64,000 nt of DNA from Octopus vulgaris (Eukaryota). The translations under genes were made by a program, and so were the position numbers. Of the stretch, positions 1 to 12,739 are shown piece by piece. The stretch covers positions 52,576,001 to 52,640,000 of the forward strand of contig OX597824.1 of the NCBI GenBank assembly GCA_951406725.2, given 5' to 3'. How positions within the stretch are numbered: position 1 is the stretch's first letter; each line of letters begins with the position of its first letter. The notes beneath the pieces are model-generated. The model made no database searches, was not told the origin of the DNA, and worked only from the letters and a program-made list of their open reading frames with translations.

Positions 1-1550
1 AGATGAATGCCCGAAAAGGGCAATTAAAGTAGAATCAGTTGGGCTTAGTAAGGCATTAGCGATAGAAGGAAATAGAATAAAGGAAAACTTAGAAACTTAA
101 AAGAGGCGCTTAAGAAAGGTATCGCAACCGACATGCGCGTAGCAAGATTAGCCCTGGACCAATTCTTCAACGCCAAGGTGTTAGCAAAGTGGTTAGCCAA
201 AGTGTTAGCAAAGAGGTTGGCGCTTGTCGTCGAGGAAATGATTGATGATGCACAAACATGTGCCATCCCAAGCAGATCCATCCACGACGACTTCTACCTC
301 ATGAGATACATAATAGACAGGGTGGGCAAAAGAGCTGGCATAAATGGAATCCTGATCGATATGTACCAATCGATAAGGTCGACCACCTCTACTTGGCTGC
401 CGTTCTCACCGCGGCCGGTTTCAGTCCTGTTTTCCGTGGTTGGATTGCCTCAATGTACAGCGATATCTGCTCGGTAGTCCAGGTGAGTGGTTACTTATCG
501 GAGGCATTCAGCATCATGTAATTGGTCCGTCAACAGTGTCCCCTCCCATTCCTTCTGCATGTACTAACTCTACAAGTGGCTCTACTAGAGCCACTACAAC
601 GGAAATTAAAGGTGTCAGCATATGTGGAAGACGTCACCTTCATAGTGTCGAACACTAGGCATATGGCCTTGATCGATGCTGCTCTAAGAGAACAGTAGCT
701 GGTGACAGGAGTAAAAATTACCGTAGAAAAGTCAGTGGGCCTTCTGTCAGTCAACCAGTGCGGTCTGTGGAAGTTCAATTTGGCGTTCTATAGAGCATAA
801 TGGTGTAGAAGTCCGACGTCGCTCTCAAGAAAGCTCTGGGCGTCAACGAGAATTAACTGGTTGGTCTATTTTGGAGGACCTTCTTTCAGGAACCGATGGA
901 TAATTTCCAGAAATCTCTGGGACTATTGCCAGTTTGGTACAAACCCTACAGGCATGGAAGTATCCGAGATGCACGCAGAGCGAGGAGATGCCCGAGCGAT
1001 GAAACTGTTCTTCATGCTGTCACGTGCATGACGGATGCGGTTTTCGGTTGATTCTATTGTGAAAATCGTCCCGCCGCCTTCGTTTAGCCCGGAAGAGCAG
1101 ACATTGTCCATTTACCTGCTAGCCTTTGCTAAAGAGGTTCTGTGGTGGACCGGATTGAAAGTGCTGAAGACAGATACTTTCCACTTTAGTCTAGCCCTCA
1201 TCAACATTTTCAAGTTCCACCTGAAAAGGAAGGTGCAGGTAGAGAGGGAAGTGCATACTTCCAGCTACTTTGTTGAAAGCTGCGTGAATGCAGCAAGATT
1301 GGTTCGAGTGAACAGGCCAACTCTAAGCATGCACATGTAGATTGAAGGAAGACGATTTGGAAAGGGCATTTGCCCTAGTAGTCAGGACATCAGTGGTTTT
1401 GTGGGGTTTCTACGAGCAGCCCTAGGAAGTCTCCTTTTGGGAAATTTTTCGTTGTTGGAATTTGTATTGTTATCGTTTTTACTTTTTGTAAGCTTCTTTG
1501 TGTGACCTCACATTGTGTTTCCTGTTTTTGTGAAACTTTAGTGGTAAGTA
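1..1550 (+). mobile_element. Decayed Tx1/L1-clade LINE, RT region to 3' end
   Basis: Frameshifted RT motifs: 'KVLAKRLALVVEEMIDDAQTCAIPSRSIHDDFYLMRYII', 'DKVDHLYL...GFSPVFRGWIASMYSD', 'LVRQQCPLP' (resembles GVRQGCPLS) and 'VSAYVEDVTFIVS' (resembles AYADD). There are internal deletions and stops, and the element runs into (GTA)n. Confidence 0.85.
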
Positions 1551-1552
<2 letters not shown>

Positions 1553-1638
<86 letters not shown>

Positions 1639-1642
1639 TGTG

Positions 1643-1698
<56 letters not shown>
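1553..1698. repeat. (GTA)n microsatellite
   Basis: Direct reading. Confidence 0.98.
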
Positions 1699-1699
<1 letters not shown>

Positions 1700-1910
1700 A
1701 GGCGATGAGCTGACAGAACCCTTAGCACGCTAGGCAAAATGCTTAGTAATATTTCGTCCGCTTTCCGTTCTGAGTTTAAATTCCGCCGAGGTCTACTATG
1801 CCTTTTGTCATTTCGAGGCTGATAAAATAAGTACCAGTTGGGCACTGGGGTACTATGTGATCGACTTACTCCTACCCCGGAATTGTTAGTCTTGTGCCAA
1901 AATTTGAAAT
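1700..1910 (+). mobile_element. tRNA-headed SINE family A copy
   Basis: Matches the window consensus ggcgagctggcagaa.cgttagc...gagttcaaattccgccgaggtcgactttgcctttcatcc...gataaa.taagtaccagtt. Confidence 0.85.
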
Positions 1911-1932
1911 CATTATTATCGTTAGTAGTAAT

Positions 1933-2512
1933 GCCGCGAGCTGGCAGAAACGTTAGCACGCCGGGCGAAATGCTTAGCGGTATTTCGTCTGCGTTATGTT
2001 GTGAGTTCAAATTCCGCCGAGGTCGACTTTGCCTTTCATCCTTTCGGGGTCGATAAATTAAGTACCAGTTATGCACTGGGGTCGATGTAATCGACTTAAT
2101 ACCTATGTCTGTCCTTGTCTGTCCCCTCTGTGTTTAGCCCCTTGTGGGTAATAAAGAATTAGGTCTTTTTTCTGCCGCTACGTTCTGAGTTCAAATTCCG
2201 CCGAGGACGACTTTGCCTTTCATCCTTTCGAGGTCGATTAAATAAGTACCAGTTACGCACTGGAGTCGATGTAATCGACTTAATCTGTTTGTCTGTCCTT
2301 GTTTGTCCCCTCTGTGTTTAGCCCCTTGTGGGTAGTAAAGAAATAGGCATGTTTTCTGCCGCTACGTTCTGAGTTCAAATTCCGCCGAGGTCGACTTTGC
2401 ATTTCATCCTTTTGGGGTCGATAAATTAATTAGCAGTGAAACACTGGGGTCGATGTGAGCGACTATCCCCTCCTCTCAAGCTGCATCCTAGTGCCTATAA
2501 TAGAAAGGATTA
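1933..2512 (+). mobile_element. SINE family A tandem trimer
   Basis: One A-box head followed by three ~185-bp units, each with the B-box gagttcaaattcc and the core gcctttcatcctttcggggtcgat. Confidence 0.9.
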
Positions 2513-2516
2513 GTAT

Positions 2517-2583
<67 letters not shown>

Positions 2584-2608
2584 TGTTGTTGTTGTTGTTT
2601 CTTATTAA

Positions 2609-2813
2609 GGTGGCGAGCAAGAAGAATTGTTAGCATGCTGGTCAATATGATTAATGACATTTATTGTGGCTTTACGTTCTTCATTCAAATTCTAACGAGG
2701 TCGGCTTTAACTTTCATCGTTTCTGAGACGATGAAATAAGTATCAGTTGAGCACTGGTGTCGATAAAATCGACTAGCCCCCTCCCACGAAAATTTCAGTC
2801 TATATTAGAAAGA

Positions 2814-2815
<2 letters not shown>
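2609..2815 (+). mobile_element. SINE family A, diverged copy
   Basis: Same motifs with more substitutions; ends in (ATT)n. Confidence 0.8.
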
Positions 2816-2867
<52 letters not shown>

Positions 2868-3421
2868 GAGTGAGAGAGCAGTTCATGCCATCAAAGTGAC
2901 ACTGGGGTAAAATATACGAAGCCCAATATACCCATCATGACTACCCGTCTGATAAAGGTACACCAGGCACATGCATCACAACCATATGTACGCGACATGG
3001 TGATCTCATATCAAGATAAACTGCACATGATCTTGCAGGTGGGGCCCAGTTAGAATTTTCTTCAGGTTGAGTAGCCCATCCCGCTCAAACAGTCCCTGAA
3101 TAAAGGTTGTTTAAGGATGTTGAAAAAACCACCCATGTCTCCAGAGGTGAATTATTCAAATCCCCAAAGAATCCCTCTCAACACATGGCTATGATGCTCC
3201 CTCACTACTTCTGCTCGTGATCAGAGATGCACATATCGTCAGCCACTAAGGGACATGCTCAACTGGTTAAGGTCAAACAACTGACAAGCAAATCTGTGGT
3301 ATTGAGCAGAATATTTGCTGTAGCCCATCTTTTATACCAAGACAAAACAATGTACATGATAACGCTTCCAATCAGTTAAGATCAGAAGCCATGAGAGCCA
3401 CTGCCTGGTACTGCATCAGGG

Positions 3422-3423
<2 letters not shown>
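2868..3423. mobile_element. Probable ~555-bp non-coding interspersed element inserted in (ATT)n
   Basis: Complex sequence with sharp boundaries and (att)n on both sides; no ORF. Confidence 0.55.
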
Positions 3424-3455
<32 letters not shown>

Positions 3456-3492
3456 GCTGTTGTTGTTGTTGTTGTTGTAATTATTACTATGA

Positions 3493-4340
3493 AGGCAGTA
3501 AGCAATCAGAATCGTTAGCCCGACGAATAAAATGCTTAGCTGCATTTCTTCTAGCTTTACGTTGAGTTCAAATTCCGCTGAAGTCGACCTTGCTTTTTAT
3601 CTTTTTGGCGTCGATAAAATAAGTACATGTCGAGCTCTGGAGCAGCTATAATCGACTAGACCCCTACCCCGAAAATTGCTAGCCTTGTACCAAAATTTGA
3701 AACCAATATATTTAATACTGCGAAAAGGCGGAGAGCTGGCAGAAACGTTAGCACGCCGGGCGAAATGCGTAGCGGTATTTCGTCTGCGTTATGTTGTGAG
3801 TTCAAATTCCGCCGAGGTCGACTTTACCTTTCATCCTTTCGGGGTCGATAAATTAAGTACCAGTTACGCACTGGGGTCGATGTAATCGACTTAATACCTA
3901 TGTCTGTCCTTGTTTGTCCGCTCTGTGTTTAGCCCCTTGTGGGTAATAAAGAAATAGGTATTTCGTCTGCCTTTACGTTATGTTGTGAGTTCAAATTCCG
4001 CCGAGGTCGACTTTGCCTTTCATCCTTTCAGGGTCGATTAAATAAGTATCAGTTACGCACTGGGGTCGATATAATCGACTTAATCCGTTTGTCTGTCCTT
4101 GTTTGTCCCCTCTGTGTGTAGCCCCTTGTGGGCAGTAAAGAAATAAGAATCGGAGATACGCTGGACAAAATGGTTAACGGTATTTTCGTCTTTACATTCT
4201 GAGTTCGAATTCAGCCGTGGTCGCCCATACCTTTTATCCTTTCGGGGTCGGTAAAATAGGTATCAGTTGAACACTAGGGTCGATGTAATCGACTTTACCC
4301 CTTTCTAGCAAAATTCCTGGCTTTGTGCTTACAGTAGAAA
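3493..4340 (+). mobile_element. SINE family A cluster (single copy, dimer at 3727-4146, further diverged unit)
   Basis: Repeated B-box and core motifs; 3727-4146 is nearly identical to 1933-2345. Confidence 0.9.
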
Positions 4341-4359
4341 TAATTTTTAATATCAGTTT

Positions 4360-4520
4360 CAGATTTTGGCCCTAGATATGCAATTTCGATGGTGTGGGTA
4401 AGTCAGTTACATTGACCTCAGTATTCCGATGATACTTATTTTATCCATCCCCAAAAGGATAAAAGGTAAAGTCGACCTCGGAAGAATTTAAACTCTGAAC
4501 GTAAAGATGGACGGAAATGA
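4360..4520 (-). mobile_element. SINE family A, diverged copy
   Basis: aaggataaaaggtaaagtcgacctcggaagaatttaaactctgaacgt is the reverse complement of the core. Confidence 0.75.
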
Positions 4521-6772
4521 TTATGAACATTATGATTTAAAGCGGCTACATGGCAGCATACCTTTTGGCTCTTTACACCCTGAGTTCTAATTCTACTGAG
4601 GTCGACTTTCTATTTCATCATTTGGAGATCAACAGATGCCCAGTTCTAAAGAATTGCTGTCTTGTGCTGAAATTTAAAAAAATATACTTGTAGTTGTCGT
4701 GGCTGATACCTATTCTCAAAGATTCGCTGTTTATGAGTCGGAGTTTATTGTTAAACCAATGATGATAATTTTCTTCGGAACAAGAAACCATCTATCGCAG
4801 ATAAGCCAACTAAACACTCGTTGATTACTTTAAATCCAACTGTCTGTCTTTTGTAATATTGCTTTCATTTTAGCCGGTACAACCAGGTTTTTTTAAGTTT
4901 TCAACGAATACCGGGAATCGTGTATCAGACTCGACTTGTAAGTTACTTTTAGCCTTAAGATACTCGCCCTTATATTATCAAATATATTATCAAATTTTAT
5001 ATTATTAAAAATATTATCGAATATATTTTTCTATTTTCATTCAAGATTAGCGAGAAGAAAAAAAAAAGCAACAACAATTTTATCTACATGTAAGCAAACA
5101 CTCTGACATTTTTTTTTTTTTTTTATAATCGTTTGAATTAGTTCGGATCCCCAATTACTGCATGTTTTATCAGTTCGAGAATAAAGAAAAGCAAAGATTG
5201 CCTCGGAAAGATTTGAACTCAAAAAGAAGTAACTATATTCTCTCTTGAAAAGTATCAGTATGGCATTCTTCTGCTATTTAATACCACACTATATACTCTG
5301 TAATTAGATTATACAGTGCGACCTCAATTTCTTTCATGAAGTTCCTTCAATGATAGTGAATAAAGAAGTTGCTTAAGAGGCATTGTGAAAGTTTAATTTA
5401 ACAAAATATATAAATGTTGCTATAAATATTAGCATTTTATGTTCAAAGTGTTTCAATGAATTCTGCATTTGCTTAGAATATTTTCTTTTACCTGCATTCA
5501 TAAACAACTTGTATTATTGATATAATGCTTGTGTAACATCAAATTTTGCCAGAGGGAGGAAGTAAACTCAAGTCTTGTTAATTGCGAGAAGAAACACAAA
5601 ATTCTCTAACTAATAAATTTATTCACAGAATTTCAAATGGAACATATTATTTCACCAAAGCTGAATGGAATGGCTCATAATCAGGTGATCCAAGGAATTG
5701 TGGGATAAAGGAACGAAGAATTAAAGAGATTTGCTCCTTAAATGGTTCTTTTGGATGTGCACAAGATTGGCAATATCCATTCATTTTACAGATATTAGCA
5801 GTGTAAGCGAAGAGAAATGAATTGAACCTGAAATCTTTGTTACTCATTTATTCCTTTAGGATACTTACCGAATCTGATGTCAATAACATATCATGAATAA
5901 ACTGACATTGACCAGACTCCTGCCACTTATTTCTTGAAGTCAAATATAATTGAAATTATACCTAGAAAATAAATCATGCCGGAATATTATATGGTTTCAG
6001 CAATAGAATGGGCTCTGCGTTATAATCCTGCAGGATTTTTCACACGTCACTTTGTAATGTAGATGTTTTTTTTTGGGCTATTAATATATTTAAATGAACG
6101 AAGCGATGAATCTTTATAACTTGCTAGAAATATCAACCAAATCTATTACAGACGTCTCCCTACTGTTATAAAAAAGAATATTCTATAGAAATGAAAAACA
6201 GGGTGGTTACAGCTGGAGCTCCTTTGATGTTGCATTAAGGTTGATGCGAGAAGTAACAATAATATATTTTTTATAAAAACCAGAACCAAACGAACTCTTA
6301 ATTCCTTCCCCCGTGTGTATGGCTGCTCCTACAAGTCCGGTCACTATCAATACCCTGGAGAAAGATAGTCACCTTTAAGACATTAAAGAAAGATTAAAAT
6401 CATCAGATGTACTCTGGCGATTTAGTTGTCTATTTCCAATGTTGTAATACACTTTCCTGGAAATTTCCACCATTGTGCACTTTTCTCAAAGATTTCAGAG
6501 CATTTTTTTTTCTCATCATCCAAACTCTGTTCTCATTAATTTCTCCAGACGCAGTAAAATACGGAAAAGTCATGTACAAAAATCAAAACTGACACCCTAG
6601 CACTTTTCCAATGAACTTTGAACCGATCTCATATAGAATGTTCATGTTTTCCGAAATCGTTCTTCGTTTGGTAAATTACTAAGTTTCAAACAGTTGCAGC
6701 GGCAATGCCACTAACCAGGTTACAATAAATATTTTAACATCTCAAGAAATAAATGAAAAAGTTGATATAACA

Positions 6773-6816
<44 letters not shown>

Positions 6817-7611
6817 ACTGGCTAAAATGATTAACATACCAAAAATGGCTCTTCTGTGATGTAATTGTTTCATATTTTTATTTATTCGGAAGTGCTTACG
6901 GCAACTGGGAATAGACGGTATATTAAAATATCTATGTGAATCTTACCTCATCGATGCAATTAACCTTCTGTGGATTTGTGTCCAGCTACTACCCAAAACC
7001 GTCTTCAAAATTACATCTTACTACAACCCAGTACGGATGCCATGCAAATTCATCAAGTCATACACTTCAGTCAGAGAAATAGCACTGCACATTAAACACA
7101 GTCCGTAGTTGTAGTTATGAAATAAAGACGGAATGGTCAAAAACTGGAACGTCTTTTACCTTTGCTGACTTATCGATAAACAATGTAAAAAAGTATCCTA
7201 AACGAGGAATATTCACGAACCAGTGGAAGAATATGAATGTGATCGGGTTATCTGCTAGAAATAGAAGCATACTCTCCCTCAAATAACACACACACACACT
7301 ACCGTGTTAAAAAAGGACACGAAAGATAGTGCTGTCTCATATTTATTGTTTAACTAATAGGAAAGGTCATGTCAAGAACGTCTTTAAAAATGTCTGCTTT
7401 ATCGGAGCTGAATCGAAGTTAAACAACAACAATAACGAAAGCACAGTTAGTAATACAACTGTGTCCAAATTTCAAACTGGTTTTCAACAGGAAGAAACTG
7501 ACGACCATTCGGCTAAAATAGTTCTCTCCACCACAAGAAGAGAGCTCCAATAAAACTACAAGTTACTACTGGACACCGCGACTAAAAGCTTCCCGACTAT
7601 CTTTATGATTC

Positions 7612-7800
7612 CTTCTACTTGTAGACAAAAGGCCTGAAATATTAGAGGAAGGGGACAGTCGATAACATCAACTCCAGTATTTAACAGGTACTTACTTTAT
7701 CGAATCCGAAAGAAGGAAAATTAAAGTCTTTATTTTCAAAAGACGAAATGCTGCAAAACATTCTCCACGGAGTGCTAGCGATTCTGCAAACTCGCCACCT
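7612..7800 (-). mobile_element. SINE family A, diverged copy
   Basis: ggcctgaaat...ggtacttactttatcga...gctagcgattctgcaaactcgcc. Confidence 0.7.
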
Positions 7801-7821
7801 TATACATTATATTATATTATG

Positions 7822-8290
7822 ATATACCAAGTCGAGTCACACTTATTTTTGGCAACTTGTATCTCCAGGTTATATCATTAATTTCATACAACCTGTTCTC
7901 CAATTGTTGTTGACTTGCTTTTTCCTCATTTTCATATATGACATATAAATATTAATTGTTTATTCTTTATTTTACAGCTTTGATAATGATTGGTGAAAAA
8001 ATAGCAATTAGATCTATTTTACGCTACCCGTTTAAAAAAGGACTGAGTGCAATGGCAGCGATGAAGCGAATTAATGATATGGAAGTCCCAGGAAATGTCA
8101 AAGAAGGTATGTAACTTGATTGAACGATTAATTAAACTTGAAATACAAAAGAAAATTTGACTCAACTTGGTACGTATTCTTAGTACAGTTTCTTCTTTCA
8201 TCTCTTATTGAGATTTTTCTAACCAAATCATTCGTGCAATTTTTTCACCAAGAAATTGCGGAATACTTTCATTTATACCAGCAAAATCCC
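7822..8290 (+). mobile_element. Internally deleted mariner remnant (transposase N-terminal HTH)
   Basis: 7986-8105 reads MIGEKIAIRSILRYPFKKGLSAMAAMKRINDMEVPGNVKE, resembling the mariner HTH pattern (IR..L.Y.FK.G.SA..A...IN...G.GTV); boundaries are uncertain. Confidence 0.65.
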
Positions 8291-8309
8291 AAATATGTAT
8301 GTATACATA

Positions 8310-8381
<72 letters not shown>

Positions 8382-8383
<2 letters not shown>

Positions 8384-8472
8384 TAAGTAGCTTGCTTCCC
8401 AACCACATAGTTCCGAATTCAGTCCCACTGCGTGGTATCTTGAGCAAGTGGCCTCTACTATAGCCTCAGACT
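8382..8472 (+). mobile_element. SINE family B 5' fragment
   Basis: taagtagcttgcttcccaaccacatagttccgaattcagtcccactgcgtgg. Confidence 0.8.
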
Positions 8473-8519
8473 GAGATTATTTTATTTCAGTCTGTATTTA
8501 AGTCTGCAGAAGCCTTGCA

Positions 8520-9000
8520 GGGTCTAGGATTAAGGTAAAAGTTTTATTTTCCAATCACTTTCGGAATTACAACAATTGGTGGCTTGGAGTTTTAACTGCT
8601 CTTTCTAGCGAGTCAGATATCCTATTCTTCGGGTATCTCTTTTGTGTTTGAACGTACACTGTATTCTTCTTTGAATAATATATATATATATATATATATA
8701 TAGGTTTATCCAAACGGGAAAACAGAAAAAACAACAACACGTTGAACAATTACAGTATTATTATTATTAGGCGCTCAGGAAAATGGAAGAAGGAGGGTAT
8801 GACGTTTCGAGCGGAGCTCTTCGTCGGAAACATAAAAGAAGGAAGAAATAAGAAAGAAAGATCCCGATGTGGGCGAAAGAGGGAAAAAAACGCGACTGGT
8901 GTTTACGAAGTACACATGCTGAAAGACCGGAAGTTTGGGAAAACAAGGGCAAAGTAGGTTTTTAAAGCCAAAAGAGTGGAGACAGGAAGGTTGGTAACAA
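8520..9000 (-). mobile_element. Penelope-like element fragments (post-RT peptide and 3' region with a hammerhead-like motif)
   Basis: 'KRYPKNRISDSLERAVKTPSHQLL' resembles the PLE RGYP..I...A motif; 8703-8900 is paralogous to 40505-40720. Confidence 0.55.
8797..8831 (-). ncRNA. Minimal type-I hammerhead-like motif (CCGA core variant)
   Basis: GTTT-CCGACGA-A-GAGC-TCC-GCTC-GAAAC-GTC-ATAC. Confidence 0.5.
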
Positions 9001-9135
9001 AAAATGATGTGTATGTATGTGTGAGTGTGTGCGTGTGCGTGTGTGTATGTGTGTGTGAGGCGAGATAAAAAACAAAAAATATATGTTAGTGCGTGCGTCT
9101 GTATGTAAGTGTGTTTGGTAGGGCGAACAGTAGTT

Positions 9136-9138
<3 letters not shown>

Positions 9139-9186
<48 letters not shown>

Positions 9187-9489
9187 GTATATATATATAT
9201 ATGTATATATATATATGTATGTATATATATGTATATATATATATATGTATATATATGTATATATGTATATATGTATATATATATGTATATATATATATGT
9301 ATATATATATATGTATATATATATGTGTATATATATGTATATATGTATATGTATATATATATATGTATATATATATGTGTATATATATATATGTGTATAT
9401 ATATATATATGTATATATATGTATATATATATATGTATATATATATATGTATATATATATGTGTATATATATATGTATATATATATATG

Positions 9490-9552
<63 letters not shown>

Positions 9553-9643
9553 GTATATATATATATGTATATATATATGTGTATATATATATGTATATAT
9601 ATATATGTGTATATATATATGTGTATATATATATGTGTATATA

Positions 9644-9698
<55 letters not shown>

Positions 9699-9726
9699 GT
9701 ATATATATGTATATATATATATATGT

Positions 9727-9758
<32 letters not shown>

Positions 9759-9760
9759 GT

Positions 9761-9792
<32 letters not shown>

Positions 9793-9856
9793 GTATATAT
9801 ATGTATATGTATATATATATATATGTATATGTATATGTATATATATATATATATGT

Positions 9857-9890
<34 letters not shown>

Positions 9891-9892
9891 GT

Positions 9893-9988
<96 letters not shown>

Positions 9989-9990
9989 GT

Positions 9991-10058
<68 letters not shown>

Positions 10059-10079
10059 GTATATATATATATATGTATG

Positions 10080-10124
<45 letters not shown>

Positions 10125-10135
10125 GTATATATATG

Positions 10136-10183
<48 letters not shown>

Positions 10184-10248
10184 GTATATATATATATGTA
10201 TATATATATATATGTATATATATATGTATATATATATGTATATATATA
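9139..10248. repeat. ~1.1-kb (TA)n/(TATG) compound microsatellite
   Basis: Direct reading; source of the spurious YI-rich ORFs. Confidence 0.99.
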
Positions 10249-10911
10249 AATTTTTGATTTCTTAGAATTATCATTGTCTTCAGGACTTTTCCTAATCCCC
10301 AAATGGCAATTAAAATCAGCGCCGTATGTGAAAGGAAGGTAATATCAAGATCCAAGAATTCTCCAACGATACTAAATCTTTCAGCAAAAGGACATTCATA
10401 TTGCCTGGATGTAAGAGGGCAGTTATGGAAAAGTGTTCCGTTTCCTGTCAGTACAGTTGTCCAACATTATCACCAGTAGCCAATAGACTTAGATTTCTAC
10501 AAAAAGGAGTAGAACTCATTTATGGCCTATGTAATTAGCAGAAGGAATAAGCTTTCATATGTAACAGAGAAAAAAGGGAGAAAACTGTATAGATTATGCG
10601 TGTGCATATTCATGAAATGGCAATATGTGTGTGTTTAGTTCGTGGAGGTAACTGTAAAGGGTGACGATTATGTGTGTAAATTATGTGTATACATTTGTCT
10701 GTGTACTCATGTGCATGTCTCCGTGTGCTTGTAAGGCGTCTGAGTGTGTGTGTCTCTTTCCGTATTAGTATATATTGTGAATCCACTATATATGAAGTAC
10801 TGATGATGGGGGTATGCGGACAAAATGTGCGCGGGTGTGTATGCGTGTAGGTATGTATGTATGTTGCTTCGCAACCATATGGTTCTGAGTTCAGTCCCAC
10901 TGTGTAAGTAT

Positions 10912-10943
<32 letters not shown>

Positions 10944-11135
10944 GTATATATGTATGTCTGTTTGTATGTATGTATGTACATAGATATGCACATAAAATGT
11001 AGCTCAACAGATATATATCCCTCCATTTTTGTGAATGCTGTATTCATACAATATGCATATATGCATGGTTGCGTTTTTGGTTATATGTTTTGCTTAATGT
11101 TTGCTTGCTTGCAGTTACGTGTATGAATGAAATAA

Positions 11136-11222
<87 letters not shown>

Positions 11223-11629
11223 TGTATGTATGTATGTATGTATGTATGTATGTATGTATGTATGTATGTATATTGCAAGCCCATCAAATATATAAAGCAT
11301 TACTTTTGTGTCCATTTCGACTAAACTTACTGATGATATGAGCACTTAACTTGGTTAAATATTCAGCTCACATCACTTAAGAGCAGTACAAATGAATTCT
11401 GAATATGTTGATCTCAATGAATTTTTTTATAATGATTAATCATTAACAACAATGGACTGAGATATTATATACTCATCATCAAAGGAATACCTGTCGCGGC
11501 GACCATCTAGTTTATTCCCTCTAATCTAAATCGTACGAAGCATATGCGTATATCTATGTATATGTCTGTATACGTGAGAACATGCGTCAATATATGCTTG
11601 CGTGTACACACTCACACACACACAAACAC

Positions 11630-11800
11630 ACCAACAGCGGTTGTGAAGCGGTGGTGGGGGACAAACACATACACAAAGACACACACTCTTAGATATATAT
11701 ATATGTAAGACGAGCTTCTTTCAGTTTCCGTCTACGAAATCCACTCACAAGGCTTTGATCAGCTCGAGGCTATAGTAGAAGACACTTGTCTAAATATCAC
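11630..11800 (-). mobile_element. SINE family B fragment
   Basis: cttctttcagtttccgtctacgaaatccactcacaaggctttg...gctatagtagaagacacttg. Confidence 0.8.
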
Positions 11801-12565
11801 GTTTGGGATTTGTGATCACGTGTGTGTGTGCGTGTGCGTGTGTCTATGTATGTATGCATATGCAGAACATGGAGGCTCGATTAATAGCATAGAAGTTAAA
11901 GTATTATCGACACAGAATTGACACGACACTGAGACAGATTACAGAGGCTTCACACATAGCAGTAGACAGACCGATTCTCAATAGAAAACATGAATGGAAC
12001 AGTGACACCCACAACCACACCACACCACATGACTAAAGACAGAAGGGATGATAAGAGAGAATAATACATAGAAATAATAGATAAAAGCATACATGGTAAT
12101 AGACATATATACACTTATCTGTGATACTTATGAGAAATAGATACAGATATATTAGATATTAATAAATATATAAACAGATAAATAAATAAATATATAAATA
12201 TATTTCTTAGACACCTGTGATAAATATAAGATATAGAGATAGAATAAATAAATCTATATAAAAGGCATGGATACATGCAACATACAAAGTGAACCCATAC
12301 ACACACACACACACACACACTCACCCAAGAAATTTCAGGGACGACCTCAACAATGTTAACACGACTAACAACGAGAACAGCAGTGGCGGTGAGAACTATG
12401 GCAATAACAACTCCCACGATGGCCACACTGCGGGCAAACACACATACACAGAGGAATACAGGAACTGTACTGCATTTTCAGGTCTGAGGACAGCAGCAAC
12501 ACAATGGGGTGAGAGGATGAGGCTGAGGGGAAGGCCACACTGCTGCTAAAACTATGACACACACA

Positions 12566-12610
<45 letters not shown>

Positions 12611-12739
12611 GGATACAAACGCATGCACACATAAGGATACACATCTTAGAAGAACAGAATGAAGTGGAGCAAGAACACACACGAAAACGAAAAGTGTCCC
12701 TGAAGAGGACCCAGATGTTTGACGATAAATTTCGGGACA

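Noticed and set aside
1390-2076. 228-aa poly-Thr ORF
   Set aside because: Antisense SINE sequence plus (TAC)n
1933-2512. CRISPR-like regular repeats
   Set aside because: Whole ~185-bp units repeat with no unique spacers; these are eukaryotic SINE multimers
3398-3423. Resemblance to the U2 snRNA 3' stem (cctggtactgca)
   Set aside because: Only about 12 nt of partial similarity, with no Sm site or branch-pairing region
8775-10355. Long ORFs of 350-526 aa (YI/IH-rich), and all similar ORFs in the window
   Set aside because: They are translations of (TA)n/(TG)n microsatellites that happen to lack stops
10260-10500. Possible L1-type zinc-knuckle remnant (ETEH..HNCP) on the minus strand
   Set aside because: It needs an assumed frameshift and is too short to support
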